From NCBI GenBank assembly GCA_951406725.2, contig OX597826.1, positions 5,394,001 to 5,458,000 of the forward strand: a DNA stretch of 64,000 bases. Reading direction: 5' to 3'. This DNA is from Octopus vulgaris. Taxonomy: Eukaryota. A program made the translations under genes and the position numbers. The notes beneath the pieces were generated by a model. The model saw only the letters and a list, made by a program, of their open reading frames with translations. It did not search any database and was not told where the DNA came from. Positions 26,901 through 40,542 of the stretch are shown in pieces (within the stretch, counting starts at the first letter, position 1; every line of letters starts with the position of its first letter).

Positions 26901-26931
<31 letters not shown>

Positions 26932-26952
26932 GTAGTAGTAGTAGTAGTAGCT
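26525..26952. repeat. Compound (TAG)n/(CAG)n/(TAT)n trinucleotide repeat
   Basis: Visible repeat. Confidence 0.9.
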
Positions 26953-27234
26953 GATGTGCGGGTGGAGTCGTTCGCGTAGATTCTTATATCAACAGCAGTG
27001 GTGGTTCTATTCATAACGCTATTGAAATCATTCTTTACTAATTCACAGTGACTCCATCGATCTTCGGAACACCTGTTACCTGCCTCCCACTCCCGCCGAT
27101 ATAAACATCATGGCGCCATCATTCACATCCGTCTTATTCTTTGAATGATTTATTAAAATGAAATAACTGATTTTTTTTTTTGTAAGAAACAGAAATAGAC
27201 GTCAAGGTTGTAATGAGGAGAAGAAGAAACTTAC

Positions 27235-27299
27235 CTGGATGTTGCCATAATTTCTTCTCTAAAGTCGATGAAAATATTACTTAAAAATCCATTTTTGTT
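27235..27299 (-). CDS. Candidate isolated 65-nt exon (NKNGFLSNIFIDFREEIMATS)
   Basis: Minus-strand TGTTTTTAG acceptor and CAG|GTAAGT donor with one open frame. No partner exon or homology recognised. Confidence 0.2.
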
Positions 27300-27424
27300 C
27301 TAAAAACATACGACACACAAAATTCATTGGCGATAAAAGCGAATGCAGTGACGAGGAAAACTACAAACACACCAAGAATAATAAAAGATATTGATAGGAT
27401 AATGATTCTGATAATTTCAATTTT

Positions 27425-27600
27425 AGGACAGGTGGTAAGTCGATCAAGGTGATCCCAGTGTTCAAGCGGCCCTTATTCTATTGAGCCCAAAAGGATGAAA
27501 GGTGAAGTCGACCTGAGTGTTATTTGAATTCAAAATGTAAAGACGGCGTAATACTGCTAAGCAATTTGCCCTACCCACTAACAATCTTGTCAGTTTGCAT
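27425..27600 (-). mobile_element. Degenerate SINE family 3 copy
   Basis: AAAGGATGAAAGGTGAAGTCGACCT..ATTTGAATTCA..GCTAAGCAATTTGCCC. Confidence 0.65.
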
Positions 27601-27603
27601 CCT

Positions 27604-27870
27604 GAGAGATATGACAGTTTTGCTTGTGAAGTTAAACAGTTGTGGTCGATGAACAATGTAGCAGTAGTACCAATAATTGTCGGAGCAAAAATCTCATGAA
27701 GTACGTGGAACAAATAGGGGCTGCAATACGGGTGGAGCACTTGCAGAAAACAACACTGCTTGCAACCGCTCGAATACTCCGGAAGGTGCTCGAAAAATAA
27801 GAGATGTTACCTTAACTCACAGGTAGTGAACAGCTGACACTTTACTACATCTGCAGCGTTAGAAGTGTGT
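27604..27870 (+). mobile_element. 3' end of an R4/Dong-type non-LTR retrotransposon (REL endonuclease C-terminus and 3' UTR)
   Basis: RYDSFACEVKQLWSMNNVAVVPIIVGA / KNLMKYVEQIGAAIRVEHLQKTTLLATARILRKVLEK* (stop at 27798-27800). Confidence 0.85.
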
Positions 27871-27993
27871 ACCTGGTGCCTATTTGATCGACCCCGAAAG
27901 GATGAAAGGCAATATCGACCTCGGCGAAATTTGAACGCAGAACGTAGCGACGGGCCAAATACCACTAAGCATTTCGTCCTGCTCGCAGCCTTA
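27871..27993 (-). mobile_element. Partial SINE family 3 copy
   Basis: GATCGACCCCGAAAGGATGAAAGGC..CGACCTCGGCGAAATTTGAAC. Confidence 0.8.
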
Positions 27994-28021
27994 AAATAAA
28001 CAAATAAATAAATAAATAACT

Positions 28022-28023
28022 AG

Positions 28024-28109
<86 letters not shown>

Positions 28110-28125
28110 TATAATAATAATAATA
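28022..28125. repeat. (AAT)n microsatellite
   Basis: Visible repeat. Confidence 0.95.
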
Positions 28126-28419
28126 TGTATCATAAGCGCTTATTGGAGTGCATAGAAAAGGAATATATCATAACGTTTGCTTCAATAGTAAGTTCATTAT
28201 GGTAACTGGTAGAGTGAACTGCAAAGCCGAGCTCGGTAGCTTTCAAACTCACAGCGCAATGCAGCAATCTTGACATCAGAAAGAATATTTCAGATCCTCT
28301 ACCGATTCCGACAAGCGATATATTTCCTATATTTTAACATGAAGAAAATATAGTGTAAATATATCATGGTTTGTTAGTCACTGAAAAGAGCTACAAGCAC
28401 ATTATCACCATTTATATAT

Positions 28420-28460
<41 letters not shown>

Positions 28461-28565
28461 GATACATACATATATGTGTGTGACGTGTGAGTGTGTATGT
28501 GTGTGTTTGTGTATGTATGTATATGTATTTATATATATATATATATACATCCATATATATATATA

Positions 28566-28606
<41 letters not shown>

Positions 28607-28640
28607 ATATACATACATATATATACATATATATATACAT

Positions 28641-28693
<53 letters not shown>

Positions 28694-28710
28694 CATATGT
28701 ATACATATAC

Positions 28711-28751
<41 letters not shown>

Positions 28752-29166
28752 TATATGTAAACTTAGTATTATTAAAACTTAGTATTTATTGGTATACGTA
28801 AAAAAAAGAAATATGTAATTGATGTGTGCAGTTCATTGAGTACAGAGCGGTATAGAATTTGTACATGTTTTATTGAGCCGGTGAAAGATGAAAGCAAATT
28901 TAATTCCGGTGAGTTTTCTGTTAATAATGTAGCCGGCCAAAACTTAATAACGTAATATACTGACACACACATTACCGTTTCAGACATTATGCTCCTCATT
29001 TATGTTGAATAAAAAACATTCCTTATGATAAGTATATGTACTTACATACACACATACACACACACTAAATTACGCGTACATATATGTATGCATATATATA
29101 CGTTTGATGTGTGTGTCTGTGTTTGTTTATATATGTGTGTGTGTATTATTACATAGAGATATAACT

Positions 29167-29197
<31 letters not shown>

Positions 29198-29277
29198 GTA
29201 CGTATATGTGTGTGCGTATATTTATATGTACAGAGAGAAATTTACAGATACACAATTATATGTATATATACATAATC

Positions 29278-29314
<37 letters not shown>

Positions 29315-30000
29315 AACATATATCACGCACACAAACACACATGAGTGTGCTTGTGTGTGTGTGTATACGGGAATATGTAAAAGAAATGAGACTATATATA
29401 GCAGAAACCTGAGACTGGTAGAATTGTTTTACTTTCTTGACAAACATATATAATTTTATATAACGTGATTACTTCAGTACTGTTGATGATAATGTTGGTG
29501 ACAATATCGATCAAAACGACAAGTGAAAGACCTTGACACATCTTCCATCTAAATGGTAATTTGAATCGAAAACTATAAATGAATTCTCGCGAATATTTTT
29601 CTTTAGAAATTTCATGCGGGTAATTTTACACGCAACGCATACGTGTTATTAATAGATATATACATTATATTCGTTCGATTAAGACTTGCTAGAAGTTAGT
29701 GAAATGTCACTTGAAGTAGTTACACAAGGTTACCAAACAAGCATCTGATCACTAATACCTAATCAATATTCAGATAATTACAGAGTTGTAAACGGTATTA
29801 TTGTTCAGAATTTGTTTGAGCGTTGCGCAACCACCCAGCCGTACATAGGCCTGCTCACATACATACATACATACATGCATACATACATGCATACATACAT
29901 ACATATATGTGTGTTTGTATGTACATAAGTATGCATGTAGGTACGTATTGATAGGTAAATATACAGGCAGACATATATACACATATATATGAATGAATAA

Positions 30001-30057
<57 letters not shown>

Positions 30058-30427
30058 TATATTAATTATATAGCATTTGTTATTTATGTTTTGGTTTATG
30101 TCTATCACTGTTTGAGTTGCATAATAGTGTTTTTATCTCTAATTCATATTTTATATTTATATATTTATACTGTGAAATTTGATTTAATACTAAATTGAAT
30201 TTCTTCCCTGTAAGTTTAGAGTTATACTCCCTAATAGTTTATATATATATATATATAAACTAAAAGAAGGAAAATGCATACAGTTTACATAGTTTTGATA
30301 TATTTTAAATGAAAGAGCATAGTGGTTGACGATCGGTTTCGCCTCCGCTAATCACGACATACTTGTAATTTCGTATATTTTTAAAGAAGACTTATAGTCC
30401 ATGTTCTTTACGAATCAACAAGGAGAA

Positions 30428-30796
30428 AAATCTAAGTGGAGATAATTGGTGATAATTATAACCCACGACAGGGGAGGTCATTGCTGATTTTTGGAGTGCG
30501 ATAAATAAACATACAAAAACACAGAAGCCTAAGTAGTGAGATGAAATATTTTCTGTGACAGGTATGTGATCATAGATCAAAATATATACTAAGGCTAAAG
30601 TTGGTTATGTGTTCATCTTTAGGCGTATATATTTTAATCCATGATCACATATCGATTACTGTACATATTTCATCTCACTAATTTTAGTTTATGAGATTTT
30701 GTAAGTTTATTTATTCCTTCTCAAAAATGAGCAAGTACCCTCCCCCCTGTCCCGAGTAATAAATATCGCCAGTTACCCTCTACCCCACGTAGATTC
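30428..30796. mobile_element. Degenerate fold-back element or MITE (about 165-bp arms)
   Basis: Matching blocks AATCTAAGTGG/CCACGTAGATT, GACAGGGGAGG/CCTCCCCCCTGTC, TAGTGAGATGAAATAT/ATATTTCATCTCACTA and ATGTGATCAT/ATGATCACAT. Confidence 0.75.
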
Positions 30797-30897
30797 TTCT
30801 ACTTCTTGATTCATTCACAAAGTTTCGTACAAGATCATGGGCTAACATCGTCTCAAGGAAATTACAATAATAATTACAGTAATAATTAATAATAATT

Positions 30898-31002
<105 letters not shown>

Positions 31003-31156
31003 GCGTCTGTTTTTCAACATGTAAAGAAGTGGCTTTTACTACATGCCTCTATCTTTCTCTTATATTTCGCGCCGGAATCTTTGATCCCCGCTCCATGGAT
31101 TTGTGACTGTGCCTAAACAAATCTGTGTGGTGCTCTTAAATGTAAATCAGTTTTGT

Positions 31157-31300
31157 TTGATTCACTTCAACATTTAAGTTTAATTTGTCAAAATATTTTC
31201 GTCGCTAAAATTCGCGACCTGTTCACTTACAAGAACAGGTCGCGGATTTTAGCGACGAAAATATTTTGACAAATTAAACTTAAATGTTGAAGCGAATCAA
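31157..31300. repeat. 68-bp near-perfect hairpin (8-nt loop) in a (TA)n-adjacent insert
   Basis: 31157-31224 versus 31233-31300. Confidence 0.95.
31185..31232 (-). ncRNA. Type I hammerhead-like motif with G3:C8 core (GUGAACA)
   Basis: Minus strand reads TTGTAA GTGAACA G GTCGC GAATTTTA GCGAC GAAA ATAT TT TGACAA. Stem I 5/6 paired, stem II 5/5, palindromic AATATT stem III. Confidence 0.6.
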
Positions 31301-31664
31301 CGACTTTTGTGTGTTTCTTAAATGGCTTACAAACTCCTTCCACGCTGCAATTGTTTTCGTTCCAGCACGCGATCTCAGATCAAATCACTTGCTATGCGAG
31401 TACATCTCCGTAAAGTTTTGTTTGGTTATGAGAAATTTTGTTGAAATCGTAACTGTACTTAGCGTCCGCTTTTCATTTCGTTAAAGTTCATTATCAAGAA
31501 CGACGTCTTATTAAATATACATAAGAGATATAAAACAATACAATGAAATTATCAGTCGTGAAATCCTTTATGAATGACTATAATATTAAAAATTGTACTT
31601 GGAGATGAATGTGAAACCAAAATTATCACAAATCAAGAATTCTGCAGTAATTTATTTGTAACTT

Positions 31665-31792
31665 AGGCGTAGGCGTGGCTCTGTGATAGGAAGGGTGCTT
31701 CCTAAATAAATGGCACAAGGTTTAGTTGTATTGTGTGGTATCTTAGCCGCGCCGACCAAAGCGTTGCAGGTCGTAGATGATGTACGTGTGTG

Positions 31793-31835
<43 letters not shown>

Positions 31836-32195
31836 TGTGTGTGTGTGTAAATATAAATATACATATAGACAGTTTCTGCGTCCTATGAGTAATTGCAAAG
31901 GGGAGCCATCCTTCCCGTTTTAAACCTATGATACACACGGACTCGAGTTTCTGGGTATTGACGAGGCGGGAAGGACAGAAACTCGAGTCCGTGTGTATCA
32001 TAGGTTGAAGACGGGAAGGATGGCTTCCCTTTTCAAATACTGATAGGGCACAGAAAGCGTGTCAATAGCCAGCTGGAGGAGGCGTCCTCCTGGGGCTACA
32101 AGCTACAGTAGCATCCACCCTTAGTGGTTAGCCACATTTAAGTGGCAAATGTACTTCACGATGTCGTGCAGCTACTGTTTATACCTGGCTCAGAG

Positions 32196-32245
<50 letters not shown>

Positions 32246-32267
32246 ACATACACACACACACACACAC

Positions 32268-32302
<35 letters not shown>

Positions 32303-32480
32303 ACATACACACACGTGTCACTGTGTGTATGCGCGTGTGTGTGTGGATGTTTGTTTGTGTCTCTGCTTGTCCACCACAACTACTTGCCAACCAATGCCTT
32401 TGTTTTACCTTTTCGTTATTTAGCATTTCGGCAAATATGTCTAAAATTAGGTAATGGGATCGATTGATCCGATAAAAATT
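31665..32480 (+). mobile_element. Old SINE family 2 copy split by an insert in its internal microsatellite
   Basis: Degenerate head 31665-31780 and degenerate tail about 32340-32480. Confidence 0.55.
31873..32056. repeat. About 81-bp inverted repeat with a 22-nt loop, overlapping a partial hammerhead motif
   Basis: 31873-31953 versus 31976-32056. TTGACGA (31958-64)...GAAA CTCGAG TC (31978-89). Confidence 0.9.
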
Positions 32481-33371
32481 TCTTCGAGACAGGAAATTTA
32501 ATTTACATCTTACATAAGTTATTACACTTAGTCACCTATAGTAAGTGATGTAATTTGAAGCGAATATATATATATATATATATATATATGATCCAAAATA
32601 AGTTAAAATTATGTGTTTATGCTACTTATCCTAATAGTACAATCATTTTGATATAAGGGTTACGTAGCTATATCTCTTCAATTTACTTTCTTCTCGGATT
32701 ACTTGTTAAGTATTTACAGATTTATATGTTCTTAGATTTACCATATGGATTTCTATGATGTTATGCACACAACTATAGATGCCCTTAATTGAACTTTCGT
32801 TGAAAGTCTTCTGATATCTGCGAGCAATATACTGACTGATGAAGGGAAAATCCTTGATACAGAAACAATATTAAACAGATAACGCTTCTATTTTTACAAG
32901 TAGCATAATTCGCGTTACTCACAATCGTTCAATTTTGTGTTGTTAACGCCTGCTCACGTGATTGTAGAGTTGGGATGCTTTGCTGACTAATTCTTTGATT
33001 GATGACAGCTTTGATACTAGCTCTACTCTTCCATGTTGTGTAATGTTAAAAATCCTGTCTCCGGAGCTGTAATGGTAGTCATGGTGAATTAAAGTGTTTC
33101 TTAAAACTGAAGGATTTTTTTCGTAAAGTTATAATTATATGTTTGAATTCATTTTGCTTTTCGATATCCTCCAACACAAGGATGTTCGTGATTCCTGAAA
33201 ACTTACAGTTTGAATTACTTTGCATGGGGGTGGGGGTTGAAGAGAATAATTGTCTCATTCAATATCCAGCAATATTGTGTTAAGATCACGAGTCTGATAT
33301 ATTTATACATATATATATACCGACATACATACAAACATCGGTGCATACGTACACACACACGCACACTAATG

Positions 33372-33433
<62 letters not shown>

Positions 33434-34667
33434 TATATATATACAGAGCATCAATGTATGCGGTTTCTAATTGTTGAGAGAATAAATATGGATCAATTTT
33501 ATGTGTCAGCTATTCAAACTTCAGTGGTAATTGTCCATTAAATATCGTCTGTTGTTGCAGTAAACAACAAAACGCCAGGCGTATGATGCTAAATCTATTT
33601 CGCAATGAATACAGAAGTGGTCATATAGACATAATTATCTTTCAATTAAGCAGGAGAATATAAAACAAGTCTACCATCAACTCAAATAAACTGAGACATT
33701 TTATAGTTTACTAAAAAGAAACCCAAACAAATGTGCACAATGAAACAGGGGGAAATGTTTTGATGATTATGAAACATAATATATATTTTATCGACGCTAA
33801 CGATTGATTAGTCTGAGTCTTCTATTATAAAGAATTCAAAACTTATATATCACTTTCTTAGTTAGAAGTATAATACTCGCTAAAATATTATTGATGCATC
33901 CACCAAGAAGTTCGAAAATACCACTGAAAAATCATCGTTAGCGAAAGTAGAAAAACTTTTGTAGTCTTACCACCAATGTATTGCAATACTGAGGATCACT
34001 GCATGAAAGAAATCGAATTGACACATGAATTTGCCAGCGACATGCGACAAAACACGTGGACAAAACCCACAGGGCGCGACATTTTGAACAGTTGATATTA
34101 CTTAGCCAAGGTTGGGAGTTTGGTTGCTTTATGTATATACTGATTGAATTAAAATAACGTAAAATTAAAACGAATATTTAAATACACATATTAATATCCT
34201 GAAAGTAATAACAGAGAAGAAATATGGAAAATAAATTGGGAAGACAAAAACTGTCCTCAATAAACCAACAAAAGAATATTAAAAGCATTGCCCTTGATAT
34301 CTATTGGTCAAATTGAATGTCAAATAAAATTGAAACAGGAAGTAACAACAACCGATATTCATTTGAATTTAGGGAAAACAAACGACATTATAGAGTGTTT
34401 TCAAAATGTAATTCTGATATTTGAAGTTGAACAAATGATGCATAATTTTTTCAATGACAATTGATATGCCTTTCTGTGCGTTTCTAATGGCACATTAACG
34501 TTAAATTCACTAACATTAAAACCTTAACGGATCATTTCCTTAAATTTCAATAACCGTTATGGGTTACAACGGCATATAGGCACAAAATATAGTACCTATG
34601 GGTGCACATATACATACATATATATATATATGTATATATATATGTGTATATATATATAATATATACA

Positions 34668-34735
<68 letters not shown>

Positions 34736-34870
34736 TGCGTGTGCGTTTGTGCGTGTGTGTGTGCGCCAGTGTGTGAGTGTGTTTGTCGTAGAGAGAACAT
34801 ATGTGTGTTTGTGTGCGCCGCTTGTGAATGCCTCCTATTACGAAGCAGGAAAACATGCAAAACATGTTTA

Positions 34871-34935
<65 letters not shown>

Positions 34936-37284
34936 GTCTGTCTGTCAGTCTATCTATGTATATATATTTATAGATATATATACACATGCATGTATTCATA
35001 CCTATTGTTAAAAGCTTGACAGATTTCCGTTATTCAGTTTCACATTTCCGATTGTACTAAAGATATACTTGGATTCTCAGAGCGACAATATGCGAAAGAA
35101 AATATTCAAAAACAGAGGAAGCTATGATTAGAGAACCCTCCATAATTTAATGAGTTCCTACCATCTGCTAAAATTATTTGATATTCAAACTATTCATTAG
35201 CTGATGCAAAATACACGATTTATTTAATGTTTGAATTGCATTTGTAAAATACACCTGTGCAAGGAATGTATCATGTATCATGATATCTTAAAGTTTCTGA
35301 AATGGGCCCTTTATTGTGATAAGACAAATCCATATATAATGCGTTGAAATCTGAAATTGAGATGTTTGTTGAACATTGTAAAATATTAAAATATAATTCT
35401 ATATTTTCCTCGGGGGCTGTGATTGCAGCCTCTGAAAAATTGCTATAGTGAAACTCGAGTTTGTAATATTACAAACATTTTAAAAACTCAGTATCATTAT
35501 CCTTTATAAACAAAATATATTTGGATAATACATAAACTTGATTGAATTGCTGAATATATACACTGATCCCATATTTTGCTCAGTATCTGTGGTATACGGA
35601 AAGACCAGCCGATTTTGCATCCAGAAGTAACTGTAACTGGTTGACATAAATTCACCCAAACCTTGTACTACCCCGGGTACATACTGTGCAGACGTTTCTG
35701 CTTTCACTCTCTACGGGTACTATATGATTGTTGCTTTTCCTAGTTGTTTGGTCCCCCTTAAACCTACGTAGGAATTTTTCACTTAATGTAGTGCCCTCAG
35801 CGTATCATCCATGTTTTGTCTGACCCATACATTTCACACTAGTTACTATTCGCAGTCATCTTGAAGTTGCATTTCGAATTCTCTCTTTGCACGTATCTAT
35901 TTTGTCAATCTCAGCGAGTTCACGGAATCTAAACGAGCTACAAGACCTGTCATTTCAAGCAGGATCGTGGCATTTATCGGTGGACGTATCGATAAATATC
36001 GATGCATTTATCGATGCAGTCATGAACCACAGTGCCACAGAATGAGGCGTATGCATTTCAGTAGAGATATTGTCTATACATGTTACAACATTCAAATCTG
36101 GGTCAATCGGAAGTAATTAAAAATGCGATCTGCACCACACTGATCACGAAGCATTGTACGCAAGGTTAATAACAAAGAATTATAAGACAATATTCCAAAG
36201 CTTATGCTTTTCAAAAGGCACCACAATCCCGTTATATGAAATTAGATATTTTGAAAACAATATACAATGTTGCTTGAGAATCCGGAATGTAACAAAACTG
36301 CACATATAAAGAAAAGAACGATGCAGTTGGTTGTTTTATGATGCGGAAATATTGCTAGTATTGTTAATTATGCATGGAAAAGAAATAATACAAACACAAA
36401 ACACGGGACAGTCTCATTTCTAGGGTGAAGGAAAACCATGATAGCTATAAACATCTGAAAGACAAAGGCAGTATTCAAATTTAAACACTATGTACGATCT
36501 TCATTTCCATGGATGTAATTTTCTATGTTGTTGCTTCATTTGTATATAATCATAGCAGATAAGCTGTCAAATAATTATACAACAACACGTTGTGTTAGAA
36601 CAGTGTAATTGTCTTAAATCCACCTCAAACATGTTTCTTACTGCTTTTATCGACTTCAGACAAATGAATAACAATGTGAAGCTTGGTATTTTCTTATAAT
36701 TAATGACCCAGACAGAGTCGAGCCCACACAAATACAAACATGATAAAGATCAAACATCATTATTTCATACTCTGATAAAATAAGTCAAAATATACTGTAC
36801 ATACAACATATTTGAAAAATTGATAAAGTGAAAGTAGTCTACGAGATGACGATTCAGAGACATGGAGATTATAGGAAATCGCCCATGCATTATTGCTAAA
36901 GACGGCTAGGAAAATAACTGTCTCCTAATAGATTTATCAATACCAATAGATGACAATACATCTATGTACGAAATAGAGAAACTTTCAATATAAAAATGCA
37001 GAGATAACAAGTAAGTCGTTATTAAGCATACAGAGGCACTCTCGATAATGTTATATGTTGAGAGTATGGTGAAGTTGAACAGACTGGTAGGAACATATAA
37101 ATTGAAAAGACAGCTTTATACACGCACAAAACATACAGAAAGAAGGAAGTCAAGGCACTCCTTGTATATACAATACTTTCAGTTCGACAAAAGAACAAAT
37201 GAACTAATAGACATCATGGACGTAAAACAAAGAGTAACACTCGGTTGGGGAGCAAATGTGTATCGTGAAAATAGGTAGGCTAAA

Positions 37285-37285
37285 G

Positions 37286-37373
<88 letters not shown>

Positions 37374-37438
37374 TAATAGTAATGATAATAATAATAACAA
37401 TAACAACAACAATAATGATGATGAGGAGGAGGATGGTG

Positions 37439-37513
<75 letters not shown>

Positions 37514-37531
37514 GTAATGATAATAGTAATG

Positions 37532-37586
<55 letters not shown>

Positions 37587-37590
37587 GAAT
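37285..37590. repeat. (AAT)n microsatellite
   Basis: Visible repeat. Confidence 0.95.
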
Positions 37591-37620
37591 GGTGATGATA
37601 ATAACAGTGACAATAAATCT

Positions 37621-38113
37621 CTTAATACTGGAGACGTAAAAATTTCACGTGGCATTTTCCAGTGTGAGTCTCTATCACAACTCCTCTTTTGCCTAGCCTT
37701 AATACCTCTCTTGAAATTGCTCAATGATGTACAGTACGGTTACAAAATATTTGATAAAAATATAAATCATCTCATTGACATGGATAATTGAAAGCTCTTT
37801 GCGAAAAATGACCAACAACTACAGGGCTTTCTAGTGATTGTTAAACAATTCAGTGATGGCATCAGGATGCAAATTGGCCTCTATAAATGTACAAAAGCTA
37901 CCTTTATCAAAGGAAAAAGGACAGAAGAATGTCATAAGGAATTAAAACCAGCGGAGAGCTATAAATACTTAGGGATATTTGAAGGGGACGGAATCAAACA
38001 TTCAGTGATGAGGGAAAGGGCCAGAAGAGAATGTTATCGATGAGTGAGATCAATACGCAGTACAGAGCTGATGCAAGAAACAAGATCTAAGCGATCAACA
38101 CTTTAGCCATACC
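37621..38113 (+). mobile_element. R4/Dong-type reverse transcriptase fragment (pseudogenised)
   Basis: ISRGIFQCESLSQLLFCLALIPL, INHLIDMDN*KLFAKND (YMDD region), QFSDGIRMQIGLYKC, YKYLGIFEGDGIKH, AINTLAIP. Confidence 0.9.
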
Positions 38114-38275
38114 CGCATACACGCACACATTCACACATGCGCACAAACGATTCCATATACACGTCTATATACGAACAGGGAAAATGCAGGGTGGAAGGCA
38201 GAATACAGAAAAAGTATGCGTAAATCATATATGAGCAATAAACCTATAAAAACAATATTTCTATAAATATGTAAA

Positions 38276-38345
<70 letters not shown>

Positions 38346-39424
38346 TATAAAGACATATAAGTAAAAAGTATAGAGATAAAAACATTGTACGTAGACACAA
38401 TATAGAAAGCAAGTCCTATCTGTAATCTCGGGGGAACCAAACACGTAACAAATATTTAGCCACTTGTGGAAGAATATATATATACAGTGAAAAGAATATA
38501 TATACATACACTGAAAAGAATGTATATATATATATATATATATATACATACAAAAATGTAGCTTCCCCCAGATCCACCGCCACAGCAATATGAGCGTAAA
38601 AAGGTAAGCAATGCAATAGTTCTAAACGAAAGCTGCAAACCTGTGAGTAAAATTTTAAATTTAAATTTTATTTACATATACATCCATATTTATACAAGAC
38701 CGCTAGATATATGCACATTGCTGTTTCCTCTCGGTCTCTCGCTGATACATCAATAATTATTATAACTACGAAATAAACATCAATACATGTCCATGAGCAG
38801 TTTTCAGTTAAAAATACAGACGCTGTAAAAATGAAGCTATTGAAAAACAATCAAAAGAGAAAGGACGGTAGATAGATAACCATGACTACTATGAAATAGT
38901 TGACTTATGATTTACATACACTACTATGCAAAACTACTCCAAGCAGAAGAATAGCGTAAATACTCAAGAAAATGAACAAAGTCTGCAACATGTGCCATAG
39001 AAGGCCGAGACCCACAGAAGAACATTGTGTGTTGATTGTGCGCTGCACAAACAACACACAATTAAAAAACTAATACTACAGAAAACTCAAACGAAACCCC
39101 ATAACAAAACATACTGATGCAATACAATATCTTCCAGCCACCAAATAAATGCTACACACACCACCCCACCGGTCCAAAGGTGCAACAACTGATGCAATAA
39201 AATGTAGCTTGAAGCTATCAGATGTCGAAAAATAATAGTGGTGATGACGTTGGTCGCGTGCGTTACCTTACCTCAGTTAAGAGTCACAGGAGTTTTCGTA
39301 GAACCTCAGGTTGTGACAGCGAAAATGAAGCTGGATCTTTAAGGGAAGACCTCTCGCTCGGCAGTAGTTTAGTAAAGATGCAAACTGACCACGTTGTGAT
39401 CCTAATACAGAGGATAATAGAGTA

Positions 39425-40217
39425 AGGAGGAGGAAGTGGACGAGCGAAGAAAACAGGAAAGTGATGCAGTGCTACTTCGAAAGTGAACCAAAAAGAAGTG
39501 GCCATAGAAAACGGATGTTAATATTTTGGGTAGAAATGGGTATGTTTAATGTGACTGAGCAGAGATTAGTAGATCAAGCTACTGTTATTAGAAGGAAGTG
39601 GATGATAGAATTTGAGTTAGAAGGGACCACATGAGAACTAGAAAAGAAACACCAGGCAGTGAGAAAGACAAACAACATAAGAGATACGTCTCAAACCAAT
39701 GAAGAATCTAAAGGAAAACATAATAATAGCGCTACCAATAAGGAATGGACAACTGGTACCAGCGACTTGAGTGATTTAAATGAGGAAGATCAAAAGATTT
39801 TCGACGAGTTGCAGGAAGTAATGAGTAAAGAAGTAAGAAAAAGATAGCCAGCATTAAATGGCACCAACTGAAGAAAGTTGCTAGAAATGACTAGGAAAGT
39901 AGATTCTGTTATCAGTAGGATAAATGCTAAAAATGTAGGAGACACTAACCTATTGATATTTGTAAGAGGGTAAGTAGTTACAAGATGATTAGGTATCTCA
40001 CAGGGAAAGATTGAAAAAGAGCAAATGTGGAAAAGGAGACTAGAAAATAAACTGAAGACTTTAAAGCAAGGACTAAGTTGAATAGAAGCCTGGAAACTGA
40101 ACAAGTTAGGAAACACAAGATGTAAATCTTCCCTCGAGAAAAGATACTTAGTCAAAGAGAAAGGATCTGGGTCAATAATAGAAGAATTGAAACACCGTAT
40201 GGTAGCAGAAACAGGTA
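39425..40217 (+). mobile_element. R4/Dong-type element, N-terminal ORF region (decayed)
   Basis: RRRKWTSEENRKVMQCYFESEPKRSGHRKRMLIFW..MFNVTEQRLVDQA and WKRRLENKL...IIEELKHRMVA, with in-frame stops. Confidence 0.85.
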
Positions 40218-40334
40218 AGCCCTCCATATATCAGATATTGGTATCAACCATATAGATTCCATATATGGAAGGCACGCTTGATGCCGAAATATTGTTCAAC
40301 CAATTTCACATGATATGACACTCTTCTATTTATT

Positions 40335-40362
40335 TGTTTAATAATTATAATGATAATAATAA

Positions 40363-40393
<31 letters not shown>

Positions 40394-40483
40394 AATGATA
40401 ATAATAATAACAACAAAAATAATAATAACAATAATAATAACAACAATAATAACAACAACAACAGCAATAACAATAAAAATAAC

Positions 40484-40540
<57 letters not shown>
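40335..40540. repeat. (AAT)n/(AAC)n microsatellite
   Basis: Visible repeat. Confidence 0.95.

Positions 40541-40542
<2 letters not shown>

Noticed and set aside
26506-27014. Minus-strand ORFs rich in T/A/N/L as a real gene
   Set aside because: Mostly trinucleotide repeat, with no clear splice partner or recognisable domain. Could be UTR.
33989-34020. CTGAGGA-TCA/TGA hammerhead-like seed, and other isolated CTGANGA hits (9561, 9991, 12780, 24572)
   Set aside because: No correctly placed GAAA, stem III or stem I. Expected by chance.
38980-39220. CNMCHRRPRPTEEHCVL zinc-knuckle-like LINE 3' end
   Set aside because: A single short motif with a frameshift and no other supporting motifs.
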